Part shown: positions 1 to 8,648 of the stretch, piece after piece | Position numbering within the stretch: position 1 is the first letter of the stretch | Layout: the number at the start of each line of letters is the position of its first letter | Assembly: GCA_963733035.1 (NCBI GenBank) | Contig: CAVTBU010000006.1 | Span: forward strand, 448,001-512,000 | Direction of reading: 5' to 3' | DNA length: 64,000 nucleotides | From: Pirellulales bacterium | GTDB lineage: Bacteria; Planctomycetota; Planctomycetia; Pirellulales; PALSA-1355 | The notes under the pieces: model-generated | What the model saw: the letters and a program-made list of their open reading frames with translations, nothing else | Told to the model about the DNA's origin: nothing | The model's database searches: none | Translations under genes and position numbers: made by a program

Positions 1-908
1 GCCGCGGCGGCGCGATTGACCACCGCGTTGTCCTTGTTTTTGAGCGCCTGCACATACGTCGCCACGGCCGGCTGGTATTCGCGGGCCAACACTTCATCTC
101 GCGCCGCGGCGCGAATCTCGTCGTCGCGGTCGTAAAGCGAGACGCCCACCAGAATGTTTAGCGCCGCCGGCACATTGATGTGCCCGAGCGCGTGCAGATA
201 AAGCATCCGCACGTCCTGACGCGATTCGGTCTCCATGTGTTTGGCCAATGCGTTGACGGCGAACGGATCGTCGATAGCCTTGATACCGGCCACGGCTTCA
301 GCACCCTTGTCGGTTCCCAGCCAGGTGCTCCACCGCTTGATCTTGGCATGCCATTCGAGTTGCGCCCTGGTGACCTTCTCGCGGCGCTCAAGCAGTTCTT
401 CCTCTTGAGGCAGCACCCATTTGCCCGGCGCTTGCTTCGATCGGACGTAACCATTCTCGAGCATCACTTGCTCTTGCGTCACCCAGCGGCCGTCGATTTG
501 GCTGTAGCCCAATCCTCGGCGTGCTTCGGCATGATTCGGATCAAGCTCGATGACGCGCCGCAGGTGCTCTTTGCGCTCTTGATAAAGCTTGTTGTTGCGG
601 CACCATTCCGACATGATCCAATGTCCCTCGGGGGTATCGGGGCAATCGACCCGATAGCGATCATATTTCATCTCGGCGACACTTTGCGGACGCACCTGAA
701 CCACTTGGTCGGCATTGAGCACAAGTTGCCCGCCGCTGGTGGTATTAATGATGTACCGCTTGCGGGGCGACTCGTCGCGATTGACGAGTTGGCCGCGCAC
801 CTCGCCCTGCGTACTGAGTACGAAAACGTCGGCTCGCACTGGCAAAGACCAGGCGATGCCGATTGGCAATAGCGCGGCAATGGCGCGGAAGATTCCGGTG
901 CGTGCCAT
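1..908 (-). CDS. Secreted HEAT-repeat-like protein (partial, runs off the left edge; absent from the ORF track)
   Basis: My translation from ATG at 908: MARTGIFRAIAALLPIGIAWSLPVRA-DVFVL..., then ELDPNHAEARRGLGY..GRWV and HEAT-like helices (DEIRAAA, ALKNKDNAVVNRAAA). Open to the window edge. Confidence 0.75.
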   Translation of the reverse strand, partial: MARTGIFRAIAALLPIGIAWSLPVRADVFVLSTQGEVRGQLVNRDESPRKRYIINTTSGGQLVLNADQVVQVRPQSVAEMKYDRYRVDCPDTPEGHWIMSEWCRNNKLYQERKEHLRRVIELDPNHAEARRGLGYSQIDGRWVTQEQVMLENGYVRSKQAPGKWVLPQEEELLERREKVTRAQLEWHAKIKRWSTWLGTDKGAEAVAGIKAIDDPFAVNALAKHMETESRQDVRMLYLHALGHINVPAALNILVGVSLYDRDDEIRAAARDEVLAREYQPAVATYVQALKNKDNAVVNRAAA

Positions 909-1063
909 GACACTCCCGGCGATGCGTCGTAAACTCAAATGGGAAGTCGCCCTCCGTTTCAGTATACTTGGCGCGGCGATCCCTGGCGAACTTTGTCCAC
1001 TTGCCCGACGGCCGATTCTGCCGGTTTTGGCCCTTATTCCAACGACCCTTTGCGAGATCTCGC

Positions 1064-1573
1064 ATGAGTCAGGTTCCCGCTGAGCATCGAGCTACCGCCC
1101 CCGATCGGGTCACCTGCGCCGTCGTTACGGTGAGCGATACCCGGACACCCGAGACCGACACCGGCGGCCAGGCGGTCCACGACTTGCTGGTTGCGGCGGG
1201 CTTCGAAGTGACGGACCGGGAAATCATCCGCGACGAACCCGAACTGATGCAACTGCTCCTGGAGCGTTTTCGAGACGACCAGGCGGTCGACGCCGTACTG
1301 CTCACGGGCGGTACCGGCCTGAGCAGCCGCGATCAGACGTACGAGACCGTCAACTCGCTGCTCACCAAGGCGCTGCCCGGCTACGGCGAACTGTTTCGCA
1401 TGCTGAGCTATCAGGAGGTTGGTGCCGCCGCCATGCTCAGTCGAGCCGCAGCCGGACTCATGCAACGCACGGTAGTAATGACCATGCCAGGGTCACCCGG
1501 CGCGGTACGGTTGGCAATGGAAAAGCTCATTGTCCCCGAGCTCCGGCATCTTGTCCGCGAAGCCCGCCGCTAG
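1064..1573 (+). CDS. moaB: Molybdenum cofactor biosynthesis protein, MoaB/MogA family
   Basis: VTVSDTR, DTGG, TGGTGLSSRDQTYE, LPGYGELFR, SRAAAG and MPGSPGAV motifs. Confidence 0.88.
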   Translation: MSQVPAEHRATAPDRVTCAVVTVSDTRTPETDTGGQAVHDLLVAAGFEVTDREIIRDEPELMQLLLERFRDDQAVDAVLLTGGTGLSSRDQTYETVNSLLTKALPGYGELFRMLSYQEVGAAAMLSRAAAGLMQRTVVMTMPGSPGAVRLAMEKLIVPELRHLVREARR

Positions 1574-1720
1574 CACTGGCGCATGGGCAAAACTGCCCTG
1601 GAGCCAACGCGGGCATTCGTTTAACGTACCCGCCCCAATTCTGCCTGCTAGCGACCAGGACTGCAGGAGGTAGTCCACGCAGGGGCAGCTTGAGTTACTC
1701 GTGCCCACGGAGGGGCTTCC

Positions 1721-2704
1721 ATGCGCCGATTCGTGCTGCTCGTTGCCGGGCTAGCGGTTGCCGCCGGCGGCTGGCTATTTTCGCAGAACTTCAAGATCGA
1801 GGGGCTTGAGAATCTTTCGCTCTCGCCACGCGGTGTGGGCAACCCCGATCAAGGCTACAACGCCAATTTGCCAGGGGTCGCACGAAACGGCAATTCCATT
1901 CGCATCGCGTCGTTCAATATCCAGGTGTTCGGCGAGAAGAAGCTGTCGAAACCTCGCGTGACGGCGCTGCTAGCCGAAATTGTGCGTCAGTTCGACATCG
2001 TGGCGATCCAAGAGGTTCGCTCGAAGCAGGACATCATGCCACAGTTCATCGACCAGGTGAACGCGACGGGCAGGCACTACGACTATGTCATTGGTCCGCG
2101 GCTCGGGCGCACGTCGAGCAAGGAACAATATGTATTCGTGTTCGACACGGCTAGCATCGAGATCGACCGCTCGGCACTGTACACTGTTTCCGATCCCGAC
2201 GATCTGTTGCACCGCGAGCCGCTGGTCGGTTGGTTCCGCGTGCGAGGGCCGCCGCCCAACGAAGCCTTCACCTTTTCGCTGGTCAACATTCACACCGATC
2301 CTGACGAGACCAAGCAGGAGCTCGATGCGCTGGCCGACGTATTTCGTGCGGTCCGAGACGACGGGCGGGGCGAAGACGACGTGATCATTCTCGGCGACCT
2401 AAACGTCGATGAGCAGCACCTCGGTCGCCTGGGCCAAATCTCGAACATCCATTGGGCCGTCTCAGGCGTACCCACCAATACCCGGCAAGACAAGCAATAC
2501 GACAACATCGTGTTCTCGGACATTGCCACAACCGAGTATACCGGGCGCTGGGGAGTGTTCGACATGATACGGCAATTCAACCTCACGACCGACGAGGCCC
2601 TGGAGGTTTCGGACCACATGCCAGTCTGGGCTGAGTTCAGTTTGCGCGAGGGCGGTCAGCCGGGCCGGGTGGCCGCGCGTCCGTTTGATTCGGAGACGCG
2701 ATAG
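1721..2704 (+). CDS. Endonuclease/exonuclease/phosphatase (DNase I-like) with N-terminal signal or membrane anchor
   Basis: IASFNIQ, DIVAIQEV, REP, GDLN, YDNI and SDHMPV match the DNase I-type EEP motifs; hydrophobic N-terminus. Confidence 0.88.
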   Translation: MRRFVLLVAGLAVAAGGWLFSQNFKIEGLENLSLSPRGVGNPDQGYNANLPGVARNGNSIRIASFNIQVFGEKKLSKPRVTALLAEIVRQFDIVAIQEVRSKQDIMPQFIDQVNATGRHYDYVIGPRLGRTSSKEQYVFVFDTASIEIDRSALYTVSDPDDLLHREPLVGWFRVRGPPPNEAFTFSLVNIHTDPDETKQELDALADVFRAVRDDGRGEDDVIILGDLNVDEQHLGRLGQISNIHWAVSGVPTNTRQDKQYDNIVFSDIATTEYTGRWGVFDMIRQFNLTTDEALEVSDHMPVWAEFSLREGGQPGRVAARPFDSETR

Positions 2705-2743
2705 GGTTTTTCGCGCTTGCGGGAATGTCGTAGACTGGCGCGT

Positions 2744-3313
2744 ATGCAGCCCAGTCCAAGATTCTCCGCAGCGCTCGCCTACGCCTCCGAACTGCACGCC
2801 CGTCAACGGCGAAAACGGACAGAAGTTCCCTACGTGGCCCACCTGTTGGCCGTCACGTCCATCGTGCTGGAGCACGGCGGTAGTGAAGACGAAGCGATCG
2901 CCGCCCTGTTACACGACGCGGTGGAAGATCAGGGAGGCGCGCCGCGGCTAGCGGAGATCCGCCAGCGGTTTGGTGCGGCGGTCGCCGACATCGTCGACGG
3001 CTGCACCGATGCCGATATCACCCCCAAGCCGCCCTGGCGCGAGCGCAAGGACAAATACCTCGCGCATCTGCCCACCGCCAGCCGTTCCGTACAGCTCGTT
3101 TCGGCAGCCGATAAGTTGCACAACGTTCGATCGCTTTGCGAGGACTATCGCGTCAGCGGCGAAGACGTATGGCAGCGTTTCAATGGCGGCCGGGAGGGAA
3201 CGCTGTGGTACTACCGCGCCGTGCTCCAGCGTCTCGACAAGCTCGAGGGCACACCGCTAATCGCGCAGTTGACCCGCGCCATCGAAGAAATCGAGCGGTT
3301 GTCCGGGCGTTAA
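2744..3313 (+). CDS. Stand-alone HD hydrolase (Mesh1/SpoT hydrolase-like)
   Basis: H-x-x-Q-x-RK...PYVAH, AALLHDAVED, ADKLHN. Confidence 0.85.
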   Translation: MQPSPRFSAALAYASELHARQRRKRTEVPYVAHLLAVTSIVLEHGGSEDEAIAALLHDAVEDQGGAPRLAEIRQRFGAAVADIVDGCTDADITPKPPWRERKDKYLAHLPTASRSVQLVSAADKLHNVRSLCEDYRVSGEDVWQRFNGGREGTLWYYRAVLQRLDKLEGTPLIAQLTRAIEEIERLSGR

Positions 3314-3338
3314 TTCCGTCGGGCATCCATACACGCGC

Positions 3339-3368
3339 TTGAAATCGGGCCAGCCCTAGTGCTAGTTT
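3339..3368 (+). promoter_or_regulatory. Putative promoter P1 (TTGAAA-N18-TAGTTT, extended TG)
   Basis: ttgaaatcgggccagc is identical to 11771-11786; TGcTAGTTT lies at 3360-3368, just upstream of the RNA leader. Confidence 0.6.
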
Positions 3369-3384
3369 GCCTTTTGTTGATGAC

Positions 3385-3462
3385 GGGTATCGGCAGAGCC
3401 TGAGCGCGACTCAGGTATCCCAAGGGCCCCTTGCTGGTTTTTTTCCAGCAGGGGCCTTTTTT
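3385..3462 (+). ncRNA. Structured leader/attenuator copy 1 (bulged hairpin, second hairpin, intrinsic terminator)
   Basis: GGGTATC-ggca-GAGCC; CCTGAG-cgcga-CTCAGG; GGCCCC(T)TGCTGG-t7-CCAGCAGGGGCC-TTTTTT, ending just before ATG 3475. Homologous to 12040-12119. Confidence 0.7.
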
Positions 3463-3474
3463 ATTGGGGCAGGC

Positions 3475-4053
3475 ATGATGGCAAGTTCAGATTTGAGATG
3501 CGTCTCCTATCACGATGTGCGCAATCAGATTTGCGACGGCGACCTGCTGTTGTATCGCCGCCGGGGACTGATTTCGATCGCCGGACGCGGCGACCACTCG
3601 CACGCCGCCAAGGCCGCCTGGTGGCGAGACGATCTTTTTTGTCTGGAAGTCCGCGAACTGCACGGAGGACGGGCCGTCACCCTCTCCAGCCAGGTGAGCC
3701 GATTCCCAGGGCACATCGACGTCTACGAAGTGAATCCCGACAACCGCTGGCCGTATTACGATCGCACGGCCGCTTGTGCCGTGATGCGGCGGCTGGCCGG
3801 CTGCCCGTACGGATATGCCGGCGTCGCCGCGGCGGCACTATTGCACTTGCCAGTCGTGCGGCTATTCACCCAGGCCGACGTGCATGATGCCGCGGCATCG
3901 GGCCGCCCTCCGTTTTGCAGCCAGGCATGCGCGATGAGCGACCGCATCGGTGGCGGCGTGGACCCGGTGCCTCACCTGGCGGACCGTCTGACATTGCCGG
4001 CCGATCTGGCACGTAGCCCTTTCTATCGTTACCGCTTTACCCTCACGGCTTGA
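3475..4053 (+). CDS. Permuted papain-like NlpC/P60 enzyme (YaeF/YiiX, C92-like amidase)
   Basis: GDLLL...ISIAGRG.HSHAA (His before Cys), GCPYGY, FCSQ and PADL. Confidence 0.75.
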   Translation: MMASSDLRCVSYHDVRNQICDGDLLLYRRRGLISIAGRGDHSHAAKAAWWRDDLFCLEVRELHGGRAVTLSSQVSRFPGHIDVYEVNPDNRWPYYDRTAACAVMRRLAGCPYGYAGVAAAALLHLPVVRLFTQADVHDAAASGRPPFCSQACAMSDRIGGGVDPVPHLADRLTLPADLARSPFYRYRFTLTA

Positions 4054-4056
4054 TCC

Positions 4057-5313
4057 ATGCGACAAATCTCTTTGCTTTTGATCGCTTTGTGCGCGCTCGC
4101 GTTGGTTGATGGAACGTCGGGACAGGCGCGGGCAGTGGATTGCCCGACAGGCAGTTGTCCACTGCAGCCACCGTCTTCGCCAGCTGAAGTCGCCGTCGAC
4201 GCGCGGCCCATTGCACGGATTGAAAACACAACGCCTGCCGCCCGTGCGTATGGTACGGGAACGCTCGTCGACGTCGACGACGACCGAGGACTCGTCGTAA
4301 CCTGCGCTCATCTGTTTCGCGAAGGGGTGGGGACGGTGCGCGTCAGCTTTCCGAACCGCCCGGCGCAAACCGCCCGCGTGTTAAAGGCCGATCACAATGC
4401 CGACCTGGCAGCGCTCGCGATTCCGCCGTTGGAACTCCGGCCAGTGGAAGTTGCCCAGCAGTTCCCGCAGCGCGGCGACATGCTCGTTTCCTGCGGTTAT
4501 GGCGGTGATGGACGGCTGTGGTCTAACCGTGGGCAGGCGCTCGGGTATGTGACCACCGTCGGCAGTTACGGTCGCGAAACGTTGGAGCTGAGCGGCAGTG
4601 CTCGCTTGGGCGATTCGGGTGGTCCGGTGCTCGACGGCAATGGTTACCTGGTGGCCGTGTTGTTTGGAACTGATGGCCGCGTCGTGGATGCCACGTTTTG
4701 CGGCCGCGTGCGAAAGTTCCTCGCCGGCCTCTCGCCTCGATTCGGGCAAGCTCCCAACAGCGATGCGTCGGCATCGAACGACGAGCCTCGCGAAAAACTG
4801 GAAGACGTGCCACCCCGGATTCTGCGGCCGCAACGTTCCCCGCGCGAACAGAATCCAGCCGACGCCGACCCGCTGGCCAAAGCGGCAGACGCGGTAACCG
4901 ACGCCGCCGCGCCCTGGCTCACGGCGAAACTCACGGGGCTGCTCGTGTCTCTGGGAGTTCCCGGCGGAATCGCGGGCGTCGCCGGCGGAGGGCTCGTGTG
5001 GCTGGTCATGCGGCGCGGCAAGAAGCAACTACGAGCGGAAATCGATCGACTCAAAGCTCGCGCCGAGCAGGTACCACCGAACAGCCCGGCCAGCGATTCG
5101 ACTGGCGTACTTGCGTCGAGCACGGCCGGGAGCGTCGTTGAGCGACATCACAACCGTTATGTGGCGTACGAAGCCGGCTCGGTCGACAAGGCCTGGGCGG
5201 CTGCGCACGCCCGGGTCGGCGAGAAGTATCCCGGCGCCGTCCCGTATTTGAAGATCGTCGAAGGGGTCAAAGACCAACTTCTTTCGGGCATCGAAGAACC
5301 ACTTATTTCCTAA
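4057..5313 (+). CDS. Exported trypsin-like (S1) serine protease with C-terminal hydrophobic anchor
   Basis: Signal peptide, GTGTLV, VVTCAHL (His), DLAAL (Asp), GDSGGP (Ser); hydrophobic GVPGGIAGVAGGGLVWLVMRR segment. Confidence 0.85.
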   Translation: MRQISLLLIALCALALVDGTSGQARAVDCPTGSCPLQPPSSPAEVAVDARPIARIENTTPAARAYGTGTLVDVDDDRGLVVTCAHLFREGVGTVRVSFPNRPAQTARVLKADHNADLAALAIPPLELRPVEVAQQFPQRGDMLVSCGYGGDGRLWSNRGQALGYVTTVGSYGRETLELSGSARLGDSGGPVLDGNGYLVAVLFGTDGRVVDATFCGRVRKFLAGLSPRFGQAPNSDASASNDEPREKLEDVPPRILRPQRSPREQNPADADPLAKAADAVTDAAAPWLTAKLTGLLVSLGVPGGIAGVAGGGLVWLVMRRGKKQLRAEIDRLKARAEQVPPNSPASDSTGVLASSTAGSVVERHHNRYVAYEAGSVDKAWAAAHARVGEKYPGAVPYLKIVEGVKDQLLSGIEEPLIS

Positions 5314-5328
5314 AGGAGAAGTTTACAC

Positions 5329-6189
5329 ATGAGCACCACGCAGCCGATGTTCACCACCGATGAAATCCTTTGGTACGACAACGGGAAATGGGGCGAAGCC
5401 GGATACGCTATCGCCAACCCCAACGGGAAGATATGGACCGCGAATAGCGTAATTTTTCAATTTCACAGCCTGGTTGGCCGCAACATGTTCGAGTTGATGC
5501 ACCGCACCGACGTGCGGTTCTACGGTCCGCCGCACAAACAGTTCTGGTACGACCTGCACCAGCTCATCGTCACCGCCCGCAAGCGGCTGGCCGATCGCCA
5601 GCGGTTGCCGAACGACTCGAACGGGCTGGTCGTCGAACATGCCTCGCCGGCTCCACAGGTATTCATCGCCTGGCCGATTCCGTTCTTCGGCGATCGTGTT
5701 CGCCAGCCCGACATCCGGGAGTACGCCCAGCTCGCGCTGTTGATGCTCTCGGAGATGATGCAGCACAGCGAGAACGAGCTGCCCACGTATATCACCGACA
5801 GTTTCGCGGCCAAGATCGGTCAGTATCTTCGCGAAATTCTGGCGCTCATGGCCACCAAGTACTTCGGCTACACGCGCACCCAGGCCTACGACCCGGCATT
5901 CGCGCTGCAGGACACGGATTTCGCGAACTACGATCCCTCGAAGGTGATGACCAGCGTTGAGATGACCGAGGAGCGTCCGCCAGTGCAGTGGTGGCCGACC
6001 GAATCCGACCTGACGGCGATTCGGGCGATTCCCTACAACGAGGCGATCGTGCTTTCCAAGCGCTGGCCAGCCACGGCTTTGTTGGGTAGCGAAACGTTCG
6101 CGCCTGCGACGTCGAGCGCCGCGGCAACTTCGCCCGGAACCGCGCCGGCCAGCGCCGCCTTCGTCGCTCCGCCCGGACAGGCTCCGTGA
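5329..6189 (+). CDS. Hypothetical protein (286 aa) of the phage-like cluster
   Basis: Strong RBS (aaggag) before the ATG, strongly GC3-biased codons, operonic position; no motif recognised. Confidence 0.8.
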   Translation: MSTTQPMFTTDEILWYDNGKWGEAGYAIANPNGKIWTANSVIFQFHSLVGRNMFELMHRTDVRFYGPPHKQFWYDLHQLIVTARKRLADRQRLPNDSNGLVVEHASPAPQVFIAWPIPFFGDRVRQPDIREYAQLALLMLSEMMQHSENELPTYITDSFAAKIGQYLREILALMATKYFGYTRTQAYDPAFALQDTDFANYDPSKVMTSVEMTEERPPVQWWPTESDLTAIRAIPYNEAIVLSKRWPATALLGSETFAPATSSAAATSPGTAPASAAFVAPPGQAP

Positions 6190-6220
6190 TCATCATTTTC
6201 GTCGAGGAGAATCAGCAGCC

Positions 6221-6472
6221 ATGGCTTTTCCGGAGTGGAGTTTCATTGTGGGGGCGGCGCTTTCGGTTGCCCTCACGGCAGGACCTTGGATGTTCAAAGT
6301 GCATGCCAAGCTGGCAGTGATCGCCAGCAAGATCATCGACCTGTGCGAGAAGCTCGACCGCACGCAAGACGAGCATCGTCGACTGTGGGAAGTCTGCAGT
6401 CGCCACGAGTCGCGGCTCGACACGCACGACGTGCAGCTCTCGCACATCGCCGAGAGGCTGCGCGGCGACTGA
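6221..6472 (+). CDS. Small single-TM plus coiled-coil protein (holin/XhlA-like)
   Basis: gaggag RBS; N-terminal TM helix followed by heptad-like RLDTHDVQLSHI. Confidence 0.55.
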   Translation: MAFPEWSFIVGAALSVALTAGPWMFKVHAKLAVIASKIIDLCEKLDRTQDEHRRLWEVCSRHESRLDTHDVQLSHIAERLRGD

Positions 6473-6505
6473 TATCGCGCCAGGTACCAACCACTGGAGT
6501 TTCTC

Positions 6506-7063
6506 ATGCAAATTCGCGATCGAATTCGAGAGTTTCGTCGAGTGCGCGCCGATACGTTACGTCCGCACCCGCGCAATTGGCGCACGCATCCCCGCGCACA
6601 GCAGGAAGCTGTGCGCGGCGTACTGGCCGAGATCGGCTATGCCGACGCCCTCTTAGCCCGCGAACTGCCGGATGGCTCGCTGCAACTCATCGACGGCCAC
6701 CTGCGCGCAGAACTTACTCCCGACGCGTTGGTGCCGGTGTTGGTGCTGGACGTCAATGAAGACGAGGCGCTGAAGCTGCTGGTTACGGTTGACCCGCTGG
6801 CTGCCCAGGCCGAAACGGATGCTGCCATGCTGCGGGGACTGTTGGACGAAGTGCATACCGACAACCAGGCCGTGGCCGCGCTGCTCGCGTCGCTGGCCGA
6901 AGGAAATCCGCTGGACGGAACACTCGATGATCCCGCGCCCGAAGACCTCATCGTGCCGGCCAGCTTTCAGGTCGTCGTGCAGTGCACAGACGAGGATGAG
7001 CAACGCGAGGTCTACGAACGGATGAGGTCTGAGGGGTTCAAGTGTCGCGTTCTTTCATTGTGA
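6506..7063 (+). CDS. Phage-type ParB/Srx N-terminal domain protein
   Basis: LRPHPRNWRTH, IGYADALL and LIDGHLR motifs. Confidence 0.8.
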   Translation: MQIRDRIREFRRVRADTLRPHPRNWRTHPRAQQEAVRGVLAEIGYADALLARELPDGSLQLIDGHLRAELTPDALVPVLVLDVNEDEALKLLVTVDPLAAQAETDAAMLRGLLDEVHTDNQAVAALLASLAEGNPLDGTLDDPAPEDLIVPASFQVVVQCTDEDEQREVYERMRSEGFKCRVLSL

Positions 7064-7070
7064 GTCAGAC

Positions 7071-8178
7071 ATGCCTGTAGTCGAAGCAACCGTTAGTTGT
7101 CCGCTGTACGATTCGTTTCGCGTACAGCAGGTGGCGGGCATGTTCGACGTGCCGCTCGAAGAGCGACCGGCGCAGTCGTTTGCCGTGGACGTGCCCGATG
7201 TGGACGAAGACTGGCAAATCGGTTTGATTGTCGGTCCCTCGGGAAGCGGCAAAACGACGATCGCCCGGCGCGCGCTTGGCAAGTACCTGTGCGATGAACC
7301 CCAATGGCCGACGAACCGGGCCGTCGTCGACTGCTTCGGGCGCTCACGGCGAAGCAAATCACCGGGCTATTGACGGCGGTTGGATTCGGCTCTCCGCCGG
7401 CCTGGGTGCGGCCCTACCGGGTACTCAGCCGCGGAGAACAATTCCGCTGCGACCTGGCACGCGCACTCGGCGTTGCCATGGAGCAAGGCGCTCGCAAACC
7501 GCAGCGCTTCCGCCGCTGGTCGTCTTCGATGAATTCACTAGCGTGGTCGATCGCAATGTCGCGCAAATCGGTTCGGCCGCGATTGCGAAGTCGATTCGCG
7601 GAGGCCGCCTTCCCGGCCGTTTCGTGGCGGTCACCTGTCACTACGACGTCGCCAACTGGCTCGAGCCCGACTGGGTGGTCGACATGGCAACGCGCACCTG
7701 CTCGCGGAGGCGTCTTCGGCGACCGCCCATTGAACTTGAGCTGCACCGCTGCCATCGGCACCTCTGGACGTTGTTTGCGCCGCATCACTATTTGAGCGGA
7801 GCTCTCAGTCCGGGGGCGCATTGCTATGCGGCCTGGTGGCAGGGGCGGCCAGTCTCGTTTTGCGCCACGCTGCCCGTCATCGGCCGCAGAAATCATTGGA
7901 GAATCTCGCGCATCGTGACGCTGCCCGACTATCAGGGCGTGGGCATCGGCATGCAGGTGGCCGAGGCGGTGTGCCAGCTCTATCGCGCGGCTGGCTGCCG
8001 CATGAACGTGACGGCCAGCCACCCGGCCATGATCGCCCATTGCACGCGCTCGCCGCGATGGCGCACCGTGCGCGTGCTGCGCTCGGGTGCCGGCGAAACG
8101 CGACATTTTGTGCGCAGCTACCGTAGTTCGGCAGGGCGGAGCGTGGTGTCCTTCGAGTATCTGGGAAATCGACCGTGA
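7071..8178 (+). CDS. ABC-type ATPase fused to GNAT acetyltransferase (two -1 frameshifts, ~7340 and ~7500)
   Basis: GPSGSGKT in the 7071 ORF, LSRGEQFRCDLAR in the 7304 ORF, then FDEFTSVVDR, HHYL and SRIVTLPDYQGVGIG in the 7228 ORF. Confidence 0.82.
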
Positions 8179-8648
8179 GCGAGCGCAACGAACCGGGCCG
8201 GCCGCCGGTCCTCGACGACGTCAAGAAGGGCATGATTTGCGCCGTGCTGGCGATGGGAGGCACGCGTGTCACGGCCGCGGCCTACGTCGGCTGCCATCCC
8301 GACACGATTCGCAAGACCGAGCTGCGCGACGAGGAATTCGCCCAGAACCTCGAACAGGCAGAGTCAAAGCACGAGGTGTCGCAACTTGCCTATATCAGCA
8401 GCGCCGGCAAGGAAAGCCGACACTGGCGAGCCGCGGCCTGGGCGCTGGAGCGACGCTATCCCGGCCGCTATGGCCAACGACGCCCGGAGTTATTTACGCT
8501 CGACCAGGTATCTCACGTGGTGACCCAATTCGCCAGCGTGATTCTCGATGAAGTGACCGACAGCGTGCAGCGCGAACGTATCCTGGCGCGGCTGACCGTC
8601 TTGTCGGCCAGCCTGCAATCCACGGCCCTCGCGGGAGACAATTCATGA
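8175..8648 (+). CDS. Terminase small subunit-like HTH protein
   Basis: GRPPVLD N-terminus, HTH, WRAAAWALERRYP; overlaps the TerL start. Confidence 0.65.
   Translation: MSERNEPGRPPVLDDVKKGMICAVLAMGGTRVTAAAYVGCHPDTIRKTELRDEEFAQNLEQAESKHEVSQLAYISSAGKESRHWRAAAWALERRYPGRYGQRRPELFTLDQVSHVVTQFASVILDEVTDSVQRERILARLTVLSASLQSTALAGDNS

Noticed and set aside
180..872. 230-aa + strand ORF
   Set aside because: Antisense shadow of the minus-strand HEAT-like gene (1-908).
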